Positions 11,566 through 25,073 of a stretch of 64,000 nucleotides of DNA are shown one piece after another. Each line of letters begins with the position of its first letter. The stretch's first letter is position 1. A model generated the notes under the pieces. It worked only from the letters and a program-made list of their open reading frames with translations, was not told where the DNA came from and ran no database searches. This DNA comes from Octopus sinensis. Its lineage: Eukaryota. The translations under genes were made by a program, and so were the position numbers. The DNA lies in NCBI RefSeq assembly GCF_006345805.1, contig NC_043013.1, forward strand, positions 14,136,001 through 14,200,000. Reading direction: 5' to 3'.

Positions 11566-12717
11566 ATGTTGTGTATGTGTGTGTGTGTGTGCATATAGTT
11601 AGCATTAGGAAGAGCATCCAATCATAGAAACCAAGCTAAAACAGACCACCTGGTGTGGACCCTGGCCTTGCCAGTCCTGTCAAGTCACCCGACCCATGCC
11701 GACATGGAAAACAGATGTTAAATGTTGATGATGATATATATTATATATAAATGAAATGCTTTTATATATATATATATAGTCACAGACGTTTGTTTTATGT
11801 ATGTGATTTTGTATTCATACAGTTCTTTGAATATATCTATATTTTTTATATGTATGTGCTTGTGTATATATGAATGTATATATGAATGTTTGTTTTCTAT
11901 TTTGTGTGAAGATTTCTTATGGCTTTATTTAAATTTTCAATATATGTATATATTTACTTTTATATAACTTGTGTGTGTGTATGCATATAACATGCCCATA
12001 CGTGCATATATATTGTGGGCATGTTTTAAGAAAGTATGTATATAATATATACATGTATATACATTTTTTCATGAACGTATCTCTCCTTCTACTTCTCTCC
12101 CTATAAATCTATAAGTGTGTGTGTGAGGTTTCATACTAACAAGCTAAGAGTATCAAATATTAAATATGATACTGTTTCTAATTTTTAAATACATCCGACA
12201 AAATTACACACACACACACACCTTGCTAACTTTTATATTACTAAATACATGTATATTTGTAAAGCAAAAACACATTTTGAAGGTGTTATTACATTACTCT
12301 TATTTCTGAACATAAAATCTAGCCTTAAAAGTATTTCTGGTTAGCCTGATATACTTATTTATTGTACAACCTGCTGATTCTACATCTGATCCTCTGTTAA
12401 GGACTAGGATCAATGTAATTGACTTATCCCCTTTCCCTTAAATTGCTGGCCTGGTGCCAAAATTTGAAACTACTACTACTACTGCTATTATTATTATTAT
12501 TATTATTGTTGTTGTTATATTATTATTATTATTATTATTAAGAATAACAGCAGACAAAAATGGCCTCATGATACTTAGTTACATTCCTTTAAATTTTGAT
12601 TTAAAATTCTACCATGATCAACTTTGCCTTTCGTCATCCTTTGTTGTTTGGGGCTGAGATCGATTGATGAAATGAAGTCCCAATCAAGGACTGGAGTCCA
12701 TTTACTATTCCTCAAAG

Positions 12718-12962
12718 CAGTGCTTCTCAACCATTTTCTTTTACCTATGTACCCCTTTTGATTCTTATTTTACTTGGGTGAACCCTCCTAACCATTTGAT
12801 GCTAATAAACATTTTTTTAATAATTAAATTTTATTAGGAATTGTATAAAAATAATTATTAAAATATTTTGTGTATTGTAGAAATGTATAACCAATTTATT
12901 TTAACAACAAAATCTTAAAAGGACCCCCAAGGATCTGTATGAATCTTGGTTGAGACCCACTG
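12718..12962. mobile_element. hAT (Charlie-like) MITE
   Basis: TIRs CAGTGCTTCTCAACC / GGTTGAGACCCACTG. 8-bp TSD CCTCAAAG (12710-17) / CCTTAAAG (12963-70). Confidence 0.8.
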
Positions 12963-13993
12963 CCTTAAAGCATTCTAAATGTAACTGGAATTATAACAGA
13001 AGGCCAAGTCTGTTCCTTCCATCATGTGCCAATAACAGATATCTTTATAATTTCACACATTTGATTCCTCATAAGTGATTTTAAGTAATTCATCCCATTT
13101 GCCATCCATCAATGTTTTTCTAATTTGTCCTTGTAAGGTTCTTTTCATCTGCTGCCCTTGTGTCAAATAAAGAAACAATCATCTGAAATGTTGTTCGGCT
13201 AGATTTCTCCAAATGTGTTTGAATGTTATTCTGACATGGAACACTGACAAGATAAAAATATGTTTTGATGTTATGCTTTAAATAACCTCAACTATGGAAT
13301 GAAATTGAGGACATAATTGAGATATTTAATGTAAAGAAGCAGTGGTAAAAACATTCATAAATTATTTATCAAAACACAAATAATTTTGAAATGTGGAAGT
13401 ATCACAGGTCTCACAAATTCTTCATCCATCTATCCATCCATATGTGCATACGTGCATGCATATATGCATACATACACACATCCATCCATCCACACACTCA
13501 CAGAAATGATTCAAAACCTCTTGTTTTTATACTTGGGTTATAAAGTAAACATTTATACCAGTAATAACTGGTGCACTTGGTTTTATTATTAAATGCCTAA
13601 GAAGGCAGTGAGCCAGAAGAATCGTTAGCACACTGGGCAAAATGTTTAGCATTTTGTCCATCAGTATGTTCTGAGTTCAAATTCTACCAAGGTCGACTTT
13701 GCCTTTCATCCTATCGGGGTTGATAAATTAAGTACCAGTGAGACACTGGAGCTGATATAATCGAATATTCAAAATGGAAAAAGTTATAATATAAGCTAAA
13801 TGTGCCAAAAGTATGCAAAACAATTTTCAAATAATATTATTACTTATTACAATATTTAAATAATTTTTAAAATTTTAACTTTTATATTTTTAAATTAATT
13901 TTATGTATTGGCTTATGTTTTTCACTGTTTGATTTGCCTAATAGTGGTTTTATCTCTAATTTAATATAATATAATATAATATATAATATAATA

Positions 13994-15286
13994 CGAGGGG
14001 CGTTCAATAAGTAATGCCCCTGACCCACTTCCCATAGCAGTAGAGCAACGAAACTTGGCACAGTTATTAGTCTTTTTCTACATAGGAACCACCCAGAGCT
14101 ACGCATTTCTCCCATTGTTTGATGCAGCTCTGGAGACCGTTTTTGTAGAAGACCCCAGCTTGGTCCTCCAACCACAACGTGACTTCAGAAATCAAGGCTG
14201 CATCATCTGGGAAACGCTTTCCTTTCAAAAACAACTTCATGGCTGGGAAGAGGTGAAAATCAGAGGGTACAAGGTCAGGAGAGTAGGGGGGATGGGGGAG
14301 GAGTTCATAGCCGCACGCCTGCGCTTCTGATCTGGCGACATGCGAGTTGTGGACCGGAGCGTTGTCCTGCAGGAGGACAACCTTTGCTGATCTTGCCCCG
14401 CCTCTTGATTTTGATAGCTTCTCTTAATTTCCTCAGAAGTGAAGCATAATAGGCTCCTGTAATTGTGGAACCCTTTGCCAGGAAATCTGTCATCACTACT
14501 CCGTCCTGGTCCCAGAAGACTGTGAGCATAACCTTGCCAGCGGAGGGCTGCACCCTTGCCTTCTTTGGAGGAGGTGAGTCACGGTGCTTCCACTGCATTG
14601 ACTGAGCTTTGGTCCCTGGATCATAGTGATGGACCCAGGTTTCATCCTATGTAATCAGTCTTTTGAAAAATTTTGACTCATCTTCTTGGCACATCTCCAA
14701 ATTCATCCTCGAGCACACGACGCATTCTTGCTTCTGGAAAGGTGTGAGCAACCTGGGAATCCATCTGGCAGACACCTTTTGCATATGCAAATGGTCATGA
14801 ATGATAGTTTCCACAGACCTGGTACTAATCTTGACCTCATGGGCTATTTGGCGAATAGTTATGCGTCGATCTTCCAAAATGGCAGCCTCAACTTAACGGA
14901 CAGATGCCTTATCAATGGCAGAAGGGGGGGGCGACCAGATCTGGGAGCTGTTTCCACAGAGTTCCGACCATGTCTGAATTCACGATGCCAGCGTTTTACA
15001 AGGTCATATGATGGGGCATCATCACCATAAGTTACTTTCATTTCATTAAAAGTATCCCGTGGTGAGCGTCCTTTCAAATACAAAAACCGGATCATTGCTC
15101 GACACTCAACAGGCTCCATTTCACACTTGACTCAGTTCAAACACTTGTAAATAAGAAACCACGATTAGTTCAGAGCTGTAATTTACCACTTAATCTATAG
15201 AGATATAAATAATTGCAGGTGCAAAATTTCAGCTAGATCAAACAACTGCAAGTGGATCAGAAGCATTACCTATTGAACGTCCCTCA
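13994..15286 (-). mobile_element. mariner (DD34D) transposon, defective
   Basis: ~37-bp TIRs (CGAGGGGCGTTCAATAAGTAATGCC...), TA at left. Transposase MEPVECRAMIRFL...PRSGRP, KVSARWIPRLL, IT*DETW, QDNAPVH-34 aa-YSPDLVPSDF, ...GSYVEKD*; one stop and two frameshifts. An RTE (ATC)n tail abuts the right TIR. Confidence 0.93.
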
Positions 15287-15388
15287 TCATTCATCATCAT
15301 CATCATTCATTTAGCGTCCGTTTTCCATGCTAGCATGGGTTGGACGGTTCAACTGGGGTCTGGGGAGCCCGAAGGCTGCACCAGGCTG
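15287..15388 (-). mobile_element. Short RTE 3'-end copy
   Basis: Reverse complement of CCATGCTAGCATGGAAAACGGACG...GATGATGAT, matching 9590-9687. Confidence 0.8.
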
Positions 15389-15476
15389 TATATAATATAT
15401 AATATACTATTGAATTAGATTTAATCCTAAATCTAATTTTTCCCTGTAAGTTTGGATTATTCCCTAATATTATTAT

Positions 15477-15526
<50 letters not shown>

Positions 15527-16316
15527 GTTGCAGTGGAATAAGTGAATTGCAAAGAAGAAAAAAAAGAAAACAAGAGTAAAGGAATTTAAGAAGGGACGGA
15601 AAACAAAGTATAATGATATGGAAAAAAAACAAAGAAGGTAGACTGGGAGGAATGTACTGGAGAAAAATAACCTGTATGGGGTTGCAGACAAAAGTATTTT
15701 TAGGTAGAGGTCAGTAATAGGCAGAGAAACGTATTGCCAACATCATCATCACCGTTGTCTGCTGTCACAGGCACCGTCTCCATCACCACCAACACTATCA
15801 TAACTAACATCCCACACCAGCATTACCACTATCATCATACTGTTACCAACACCTCTACACCGATACAACAATTATCACAACCACGGCGATCACCATCATT
15901 ACAATATCAACTGTCACTACTACCACTATAAGCAACAACGGTGCTGACTGCTTATGCATAATTATTTATAAGATAAAAGTATACAAGTAAAGAGTACTTT
16001 TAGAGATTTTCGTGGAAGTGTATGAAGACGGAGGAGGGTGCAACAATGTTCTTTTAAGAGAGGGAAGGTGTACCTCAGAAGATGTGTCGAGGTCACGCTA
16101 TCATCAACATGAAGGTACATCATGACTGCGTCTGTTGGTGCTGCAGTAAAAGTTAATGTGGTGAATGTGGTGGTGTGATAAGAAGCTTGCTTCAAAACCA
16201 TGTAGTTCAGGGTTCAGTCCCACTGTGTGGCACATTGGGCAGGTGTCTTTTACTAGTTTCAGGCCAACCAAAGCCTTGTGAGTGGATTTGGCAGAAGGAA
16301 ACTGAAAGAAGCTCGT

Positions 16317-16361
<45 letters not shown>

Positions 16362-16867
16362 TTATGCATGTTCCCCTTGCCGGGTGTGTTTACGTCCCCA
16401 TAACTTAGTGGTGTGGCAAGAGAGACCAACAGAATAAGTATCAGGAGTGGTACAACTGCTTCAAACATGGCTGTGCCTTAGTGAAGAACGAAGCACATTC
16501 AGGTACGCCATCCATTGTATTTCTCGACACGTCTCCCCCAATACGTTTGAATGGCGCGCACGCCATTCATCACAATTAAAATTATTATTTTTCTTCATTT
16601 TATCGTAAGTAGGGGAACGAAATTTGCTTAGTGGGTGCAAACCTAGGATATTCAAAGTGTCTCCGAGCTCCCAGCCCCTACCGAAATTTTAGTGGGGTGC
16701 ACTTGTAAATCCTGTTCTTGAGCGTATGCATTTTATAGTATCCCACATACTGAAACTTGTAATTCGAATTAAAACAAATCTTAATCCATTGCCATCCTCT
16801 TCAGCTTACCTTTTACAATTAAAATGACCTTTTTTTTTCTCACCTGGGCCAAAACAATTTATTTCTT

Positions 16868-17080
16868 TTACTTAATGTCATCAGCCAGGTGCATTTCTGT
16901 GTCCAGAGATCGGTTTACCAAAACCCTCCAGACCCCTCTGTGCTGTGCTTGCATGCATACAACCAGCCAGGCTTTTGTTTCCAATCCATTCATTAAAGTC
17001 TTCAGTTCACCAGTCTTTGACTGACATCTTTCTCTCTTCCCCATCACACCTGTCAAGATGGTCTGCATCAATGGCTCGTG
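16868..17080 (-). mobile_element. Decayed RTE C-terminal fragment
   Basis: TILTGVMGKRERCQ...A.HRGVWRVLV resembles the RTE ILQG..EGKR.RGRP...A.DR..WR..V motif. Confidence 0.5.
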
Positions 17081-17194
17081 GTGAATTGTCTGCCCAAAAT
17101 ACAAAAGGTATTTCACGAGTTATCTTCTTTCTACAGAAACGGGGAGCATCGGTGTATCAAATGCTTTTGTTTGGCTCCTTTATGTGAGTGTCAA

Positions 17195-17372
17195 CATGCT
17201 AGAAATAACAGCCAAATCTCCCATAAATCATACCAGTCAATCAATAACGAAAGGACGCGTAGGATAATGCTGTTTTAGATATAAGCATAAAATGATGATG
17301 TGGTTACAGCTGGATTGAGGTTTACCATACATATGCTCAATCAAGGCTGACCTGGGGTTAAACAACAAGCAT
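17195..17372 (+). repeat. Dispersed AAC-tailed retroposon-like repeat (family E)
   Basis: GCTAGAAATAACAGCCAAATCTC...GGCTGACCTGGGG(C/T)TAAACAACAA. Related copies at ~24415-24618(+) and ~60369-60700(-), the last internally duplicated. Confidence 0.55.
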
Positions 17373-17743
17373 TGAATAAAAACTATAAACAAAGATATAA
17401 AAACTTCATTTGCATTTTTATTTGGTTCTTTTGATTTGATAATGGTAGAAATAACTAAATATTAATTAAATACGAAAGGCTTTGGGTTTCAAAACTATAT
17501 AAAAAAATTATGGATTCTTTTGCTTCCATTCTCTGATGCCTTCCTGCAGTTTCTCTTGGAAAGTTTTTGTGAAGGATTGTAATCGTTTTGGCGAAACAGA
17601 ATCGTGGTCTTTTAATTTTTCAATACTTTCCAGTCCTGAAAGAGAGAAATGATATAAAGAATGAGAGAATACATGGCTGGTAATAATAATAGTATGAACT
17701 GGCAGAATTAAACACAGATACACAAACATATACACATACATAC

Positions 17744-17806
<63 letters not shown>

Positions 17807-18285
17807 TATGACAGGCTTCTTTCAGTTTCCGTCTTCCAAATCCACTCACAAGGCTCTGGTCGTCCCAAGGCTATAGTAGAAGACACTTGCCCAAGGTGCC
17901 ACGCAGTGGGACTGAACCCGGAACCATGTGGTTCGTAAGCAAGCTACTTACCACACAGCCACTCATTTTTTTCTCTCAAAACCCCTGTTTTTCAAATATC
18001 TTCTCCATGTCGTTCATCACAATTAAAATTATATATAGAATGAGAATATGTGGCTGGTAATAATAATAGTATGAACTGGTAGAATTATCAGCATGCTGGG
18101 CAAAATGCTTAGTAATATTTCGTCTGTCTTTATGTTTTAGGTTCAGATTCTACTGAGGTTGACTTTGCCTTACATCCTTACAGGGTTGATAAAATAAGTA
18201 CCAATTGAAACATTGGGGTTGATGTAATTGACTTAACCCTTCCTCCAAAATTGCTGGCCTGATGCCAAAATTTGAAACCAATAAT

Positions 18286-18646
18286 AACAAGAGCACTCAG
18301 AGAACACAAACCTCCGCCAAGGCAACACCAACTTCCTCTCAAAGATTAGCTGGAGATGATTTTTAAAATGAGAATATCTGAAATAAACACGGCTGCTCTC
18401 ACAAACGAGAATACTAAAAATGAACCCGACTGCTCTTAAAAATTAAGAAAAAAGTCCAGGAAAATAATTCTTGTCCAGTATCGGATCAATCCCAAAATCT
18501 AATCAGTTCATGCCAGTCATGAGGCCAAACATCCTGAAAGTTTCATTCGAATCCATCAAGCAGTTTTTGAGATATCTTGTCCATGGACAAACAAACAAAT
18601 GTGACTGAAAATAATACCTCTGCCTTCGCAAAGGTGGAGGTAATAA
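18286..18646 (+). mobile_element. Helentron-associated/DINE-1-like non-autonomous element
   Basis: Starts AACAAGAGC with subterminal CCTCCGCCAAGGC and ends with the hairpin ACCTCTGCCTTCGCAAAGGTGGAGGT (18616-41). (TAA)n flanks, no TSD. Confidence 0.55.
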
Positions 18647-19185
18647 TCCTTTTTATTACAGGTACAAGGCCTGAAATTTTGGTGGGGATTACGCTGATCC
18701 CAGTGCTCAACTGGTCCTTATTTTATTCACCCTGAAAGGATGAAAGGCAAAGTTAACCTCGGCAGAGTTTGAACTCAGAATTTAAAAGTCAGATGAAATG
18801 CTGCTAAGCATTTTCTCCACACTAATGATTCTGCCAGCTCACTGCCTTAATAATAATGATAATCCTTTCTACTAACGTTTCTGCCAGCTCGCCACCTTCA
18901 GCAGATGAAATATCTGCAAGCATTTCACCCGGTGTGCTAACGTTTTTGCCAGCTCGCCGCCTTCTTTCAGTTTCTATCGACGAAATCCACTCACAAGGCT
19001 TTGGTCAGCTTGAAGTTATAGTAATAAACACTTGCCCAAGATGCCACACAGTGGGAATGAACTCAGAACCATGTGATTGGGAAGCAAACATCTTACCACA
19101 CAGCCACGCCTGCACATATTTACTCTAAAGTTATTGGCTAAACGTTCTCATTAAATTACATTTTAACTCCACTTATTAACCACAT

Positions 19186-19385
19186 GTGGAGGCGTGTGGC
19201 TTAGTGGTTAGGGTGTCAGCATCATGATCGTAAGATTGTGGTTTTGATTCCTGGATTGAGCGATGTGTTGTGTTCCTGAGCAAAACACTTTATTTCACGT
19301 TGCTCCAGTCCACTCAGCTGGCAAAAATAAGTAACACTGCAATGGACTGGCGTCGAGCCTGGCTAGGCTTTAAAAGGGCGCATTT
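19186..19385 (+). mobile_element. tRNA-derived SINE family D
   Basis: A box TGGCTTAGTGGT, B-box-like GGTTTTGATTCC. Near-identical head at 33091-33238. Confidence 0.75.
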
Positions 19386-20084
19386 ATTTTTTTATTTATA
19401 TTATTAACCACACCAACTCTGCTGTACACACACATACACACATCGACTAGTGTTTTAGCCCCAGCCATCACCAGACAATCATCACAAGTAGATTTATAAA
19501 AAGACAATTAATTTTATCTAGTGTAGTGTAATGTGTCGTTAATTTGCACAGATTTAATTTATCTAATTAAACAAAGTTGCAGCTGACCTTTCTCTTTTCC
19601 TCTCAGGAAGATATAGGCAACTAACTGGGCGCTGCGTCGTATAGGATAGCTCTCCGATAGCTGGCAAAAAAAGAAAAAAGAGATAATAGAAAATAAGTAC
19701 ATACAAAATAATATGACAGTGGGTATATCTACACTTTAGTACATCACTGACTTTGTTGCTTTATAACTTTCTGGAAAATGCATAATTTTTTAATGAAATT
19801 TTCCAAAGATACATTTTAGATAGTGTAGAACCATTTATGGTTTAGATGACTCTATCAAATGTAATGCTTATATATTCATATTGTTTTGAATTAATCATGC
19901 ATTGTCTCATAGCTTCAAGCTTTTGGTGATCTGACTTTATTTTTTGAATGACATTGTAGGGTAGGTGTGAGAGGCTGGATCTAGCCTGTTTTAACATAAA
20001 ACTGGTCGAATATTTTGAATGGTTTAAACGCTAAAGAGTTGAGGTTATACTGGAATTTGTAGAGAAGAATTTTTATAAGTAGAG

Positions 20085-20390
20085 GTTGCCTTACTGGTAC
20101 TTGTGCCAGTGGCATGTGAAAAAACATTTGAGCGAGGTCGTTGCCAGTGCTGCTGGACTGGCTCCTGTGCAGGTGGCATGTTGCCAGTACTGCGTGCCTG
20201 GCCCTTGTGCCGGTGGCATGTAAAAGCACTCACTACACTCTCAGAGTGGTTGGCATTAGGAAGGGCATCGAGGTGTAGAAACTCTGCCAGATCAAGATTG
20301 GAGCCTGGTGCGGCCATCTGGTTCGCCAGTCCTCAGGTAAATCGTCCAACCCATGCTAGTATGGAAAGCGGACGTTAAACGATGATGAGG
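20085..20390 (+). mobile_element. RTE 3' UTR copy, 5'-truncated
   Basis: Aligns with 9420-9687 and ends CCATGCTAGTATGG...GATGATGAG. Confidence 0.8.
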
Positions 20391-21707
20391 ATGAGGGAAG
20401 GAGTTTAGTGGAAAGAAGTTTCTGATAATTCATTCACTTTGGCTTGTTTCGTCCATAACTTTGTGAAAATTGGATATTTTTTAATGAAATTTTCTACAAA
20501 TATGTTTCAGACGATGTAGATTAAGATTTGGTTGGAATTTGTTGGGAGAAAAAATACTGGGATCTTTTATCGTATATCATTTGTCGAACTGACCACGGGA
20601 TTTTTTCCCTTAAAGCCTAATATTTATTCTATTGTCTCTTTTGCCGAACCGTTAAGTCACAGGAATGGGTTCGGTAATTCACACTTCGACATTTAGAAGC
20701 GCGAATTATCTGTCTGGCTCTGGGAGGATAGCGCATACCTGTAGTTATGTCAACAGTTGAGATGAACGGTGGAACTGAGCGAGATAAAGGTAAATACTCA
20801 ATGGCATTTCTTTTTTTGCAGGATATAAGAGGCAGAGCGTGAACGAGAAGAGAGGAAGAAACAATTGTAGGACGAAATGCTGTAGCAGGAAGCATCTTAT
20901 CCTAAGTTGTCTCCCTTTAATCATGGTCTGAAATCTTACAACGGATGGCTGCCATTAAAAACAAACATATTTCACTAAATTCTTCTTTATTTTAAAAATA
21001 AGTTGAAAAACAAGTCAGGGTATTTCAACAGAAATACAGTAACAAAAGAAACACTGCCAAATCAGACTAAAGCCTGGTGCAGCCTCCTGGCTTCCCAGAC
21101 ACCGGTTGAACCGTCCAACCCATGCTAGCATGGAAAATGGACATTAAACGATGATGATGATGATATACAGGTTGTATTAATAAAAGACATCAGTTTTCCG
21201 TCTGTCAACCTCGTTTTCAGAAATGAGACTTTCTACTCAATATTTACATCTACTAGATTCTGTTGTGTGAAGTAACAACCACGCGGTTAAGATTACATAC
21301 AATATTTACGTCTACACCACATGGATGCAAGCTTGGGTTTACAACGATGAGGCTTTGGGTTCAGTCCCACTGTGTGATACTTTGGGGAAGTTCTTTTGAA
21401 CTATAGCACAGAGCCGACCAAAACCTTTCAGTGAATTTGTGTTATGAAGTAAGACAAATAATATTGTATTCAGAATATAACTTTACGAAACGAACCAACT
21501 TAATATAGCAACAATTCAAAACCGAAGTGGAAAGTGGCGAATTGTAACTCCAATTTTCTCACGAGACAGAAACGAACCGACTGTACCACAGTAAGTGTGC
21601 TAAGGCGAAAAAAAAAAGAGAGCCAATCCACAACAATGGGTAGATGTATATCTATATCACCTGGTGGAGTCCATAATGTGTTTTCTCTCTCCAGACGAAT
21701 CAATGTA

Positions 21708-22137
21708 CCGTAAATCCTCGAGTATAGTCCGCGCCCTTGAGTATAATACGCAGGGGATTTTTAGGGGACTGTACATCTGAATACAGAAGGTGTGTATAAT
21801 AAGCACCCCTTCTCTAAGTTGAGTCAAGGAGGTCCATATATCTCCGTCATCGTCAGATTCATAGTCAACATCAGAAGATTCACTTTCATTTATTTCTGAA
21901 TACTTTTATTTTAATAAATGTTGCTTTTATGACTTCATTGCTTTCAGGCTTAGCTTAAGGTATTTTCACGCCCGACATCACAAAATACGTCTGAATAAAC
22001 ATTGCTGGACAGCAGATAGAGACTTGGACATTGCTTAGAAAATAATTTTCATTTTTAACCTCGTATATAGTACGCACTAGGGGTTTTGACCTTTAAGTTT
22101 TGGGAAAAAAATGCGGATCATACTCGAAGATTTACGG
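21708..22137. mobile_element. pogo/Tigger-like (TcMar) MITE
   Basis: TIRs CCGTAAATCCTCGAGTATAGTCCGC / GCGGATCATACTCGAAGATTTACGG with TA TSD. An acidic EINESESSDVDYESDDDGD remnant lies on the minus strand. Confidence 0.8.
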
Positions 22138-22596
22138 TAAGCTTAAATAATCCTACTATTGTGGGCATGGAAAATATCACATGAGTGAATTATTTTGATG
22201 AGTTGGATGACAATAAACAGTGCTTTATATCGAGACAATTAGGGTTGTCTCAACTTGGTGGTCAGAAACTGTACAAAGTCTGTCACATATATCAAAATCA
22301 TCATCACTGTCATCGTTTTAGCATCCACTTGTCCATACTTGCACGGATCAGATGGAATCTGTTGAGGTAAAGTAATATTTCCTCCTAATCAGACATGTTT
22401 ACAGGAAAGACTGGGAATAAAGGATACTGCTTGAATGATGGTGACACTTGCTGTACAACTGTCATGTGATATCAAAGAAGGAGACAGTAATTAGTACACA
22501 TACACGCTTACATATATACACCAGCTTCTTTCAGTTTCTATCTACCGAATCCTATCCACTTACAAGGCTTTGGTTGATATATATAGTAGAAGACAG

Positions 22597-22826
22597 GGCG
22601 GCATGCTGGCAGAAACGTTGACACGCCGGACGAAATGCTTATCGGTATTTCGTCCGCCATTACGTTCTGAGTTCAAATTCTGCCGAGGTCGACTTTGCCT
22701 TTCATCCTTTCGGGGTCGATTAAATAAGTACCAGTTACGCGCTGGGGTCGATGTAATCGATTTAATCCGTTTGCCTGTCCTTGTTTGTCCCCTCTATGTT
22801 TAGCCCCTTGTGGGTAATAAAGAAAC
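22597..22826 (+). mobile_element. Full-length monomeric SINE family A, nested in a family B SINE
   Basis: Head GGCGGCATGCTGGCAGAAACGTT, B box GAGTTCAAATTC, tail AAAGAAAC. TSD ~TATATAGTAGAAGA on both sides. Confidence 0.85.
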
Positions 22827-23085
22827 ATATATAGTAGAAGATACTTGCCTAAGGTGCTATATGCGTGAGTGTGTGTGTATGTTTCTTTAGATTTGTGCCC
22901 AACAAAAACAGTGTTGTTGTCACTTCTATTGAAAAATCATCTGCTCCCTTTGTGTCTACAAAAACATGTGAAACGAGACCCTTATTTGTAAAATAGGTAA
23001 TGGTTAGCAACAAGAAAGGCATCTGGCTGTAAAACAATGTCTCTATAATGTAGTCATCAAACTCATGCTAGCATGGAAAAAGGAT

Positions 23086-23445
23086 TGTGGTAAGTAGCTT
23101 GCTTACCAACCACATGGTTCCGGGTTCAGTCCCACTGCGTGGCGCACCTTGGGCAAGTGTCTTCTACTATAGCCTCGGGCCGACCAAAGCCTTGTGAGTG
23201 GATTTGGTAGACAGAAACTGAAAGAAGCCCTCGTATATATATGTATGTGTGTCTGTGTTTGTACCCCCAACATCGCTTGACAACCGACGCTGGTGAGTTT
23301 ACGTCCCTGTAACTTAATGGTTTGGCAATAGAATAAGTACTAGGCTTACAAAGAATAAGTCCTGGGGTCGATTTGATCGACTAAAGGCAGTGGCTCCAGT
23401 ATGGCCACAGTCAAACGACTGAAAACAAGTAAAAGAGATTAAAGA
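23086..23445 (+). mobile_element. tRNA-derived SINE family B
   Basis: GGTTCAGTCCC B box, CCTTGGGCAAGTGTCTT core, internal (TA/TG)n, AAGTAAAAGAG tail. Confidence 0.85.
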
Positions 23446-24091
23446 GAATGAACAAAGCACATATTTTGAAAGCAGTGTTTATCCCTTTACTAGTTTCAGT
23501 CACTGGACTGTGGCCATGCTGGAGCACCATCTTGATGGGATGTAAAAATAGAAACAAAATTGCAAGAATCTACTTACTTTTTGTACAAGTTGTTCATTGT
23601 GTAGCAGGTATCTGTGGAAATATAGACAATATTTCATTACATAAAACTGTGTCACAGGTACCAGAACAAACAAGCACGCAAACATACATGTACACACAAA
23701 AGTATATGGAGAACTTCTTTGAAACCTGCAGTTCCTCTACCCTGATTATAAATTCATCTTTTATACTAGTAATTATCAGTGCATTTCATTATGTTCATAC
23801 GTGTTTCTGTGTATTGTTACCTACAGAGAGGACTGGGGTGAAGTGTTTAGTGCAGGTAGGGACAGTCATCTGAGATGAAAAGTGTTCTATCTGAAAAGTG
23901 AGGTGACTTGGGATATTGGTTGCTTCTGTTCTAAAGTATGGCAATGGAGAGAATCAGCAGCACCTCAGGTGACTGAGCAGCCCCCTCCAGGGATCATGCC
24001 AGCATGAAAATCAGATGTTAAATGATGGTGATGATGAGATGGAACAATTATCATTGGAGCTATCTTGATCACTGGTCTTGTTCAATACTCA

Positions 24092-24340
24092 TCATCATCA
24101 TTTAATGTCCGTTTTCCATGCTGGCATGGGCTGGATGGTTTCACTGGAGCTGGAAAGGTCAGAGGCTGCACCAGGCTCCATTGTCCGTTGACATGGGTTT
24201 TATGGCTGGATGCCCTTCCTAATAATGCCAACCACTTTACAGAGTGTACTGGGTGCTTTTTATGTGGAATAACCAGCATCGCGGTATCAATTCTGCTGTG
24301 GCAGATGGGTTTCCTCGAGTACAGCAAGGTGCCAGATATC
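24092..24340 (-). mobile_element. RTE 3' UTR copy
   Basis: Reverse complement of the RTE tail and upstream UTR. Confidence 0.7.
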
Positions 24341-24815
24341 TGACCAATGATAAACAATAACAACTTCTACATTTATATTATGAGCCAATGAAGGAACAAC
24401 CTCAATTTGGTCGTTCAACCTGCTAGAAATAATAGCTAATCTCCATCAAATCACAAAACCTATTATCTTAAGAAAAATAAAAAAGAGAAGGGTACATTAT
24501 ATAATGTAACCCTACATATATAATGTCTGAAAATAAAGACGGTACAGTCACTGGATGGAATATGTTTGTTTATGGATCTGTTGGATCAGGGCTGACCTGG
24601 AGCTGAATAAACTGCAACTACCTTTTTAAATACTGATATTGGACCAAAGGGGAACATTCCAAACCCCTTACAAAATGCACTGAATGATTAATTCTGAATT
24701 AACTACCCAGTTATAAAGTAAATTATACACTAGCCACATATTAATTGTGGGAAACATTTTATTACATTTGATTTTGTACAATAGTTTTTGTTTGGTGCCA
24801 CAGCATGGCCAGAGA

Positions 24816-25073
24816 GGTACCACTTAAGAAGAGTGGTCCCGGTGCGCGCACTCGCGCGTCCGCGCTATCTAGTCGTGACTAGTCGATCCTACAACGACTA
24901 CCTAGCAAAGTAAGTAAAACAAAATAATTTTTTTACACAAAGTATATATTTTTTAAAACAAAGTAAATAAAACACAAAAACACAAATTAAGGATCGACTA
25001 GTCACGACTAGCTAGCGCAGATACGCGAGTAGGCGAGTGCGCGCACCGGGGACCACTCTTTTTAAGTAGTACC
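24816..25073. mobile_element. Long-TIR MITE, Merlin- or Mutator-like (copy 1)
   Basis: 75- and 84-bp TIRs starting GGTAC. 9-bp TSD GGCCAGAGA (24807-15 / 25074-82). Confidence 0.85.

Noticed and set aside
19580-19680. Strong splice acceptor TTTCTCTTTTCCTCTCAG with a branch-point-like GCTGAC
   Set aside because: No convincing open exon or donor follows.
22597-22700. tRNA genes suggested by A and B boxes
   Set aside because: All such heads run into SINE bodies, recur many times and do not form complete cloverleaves.
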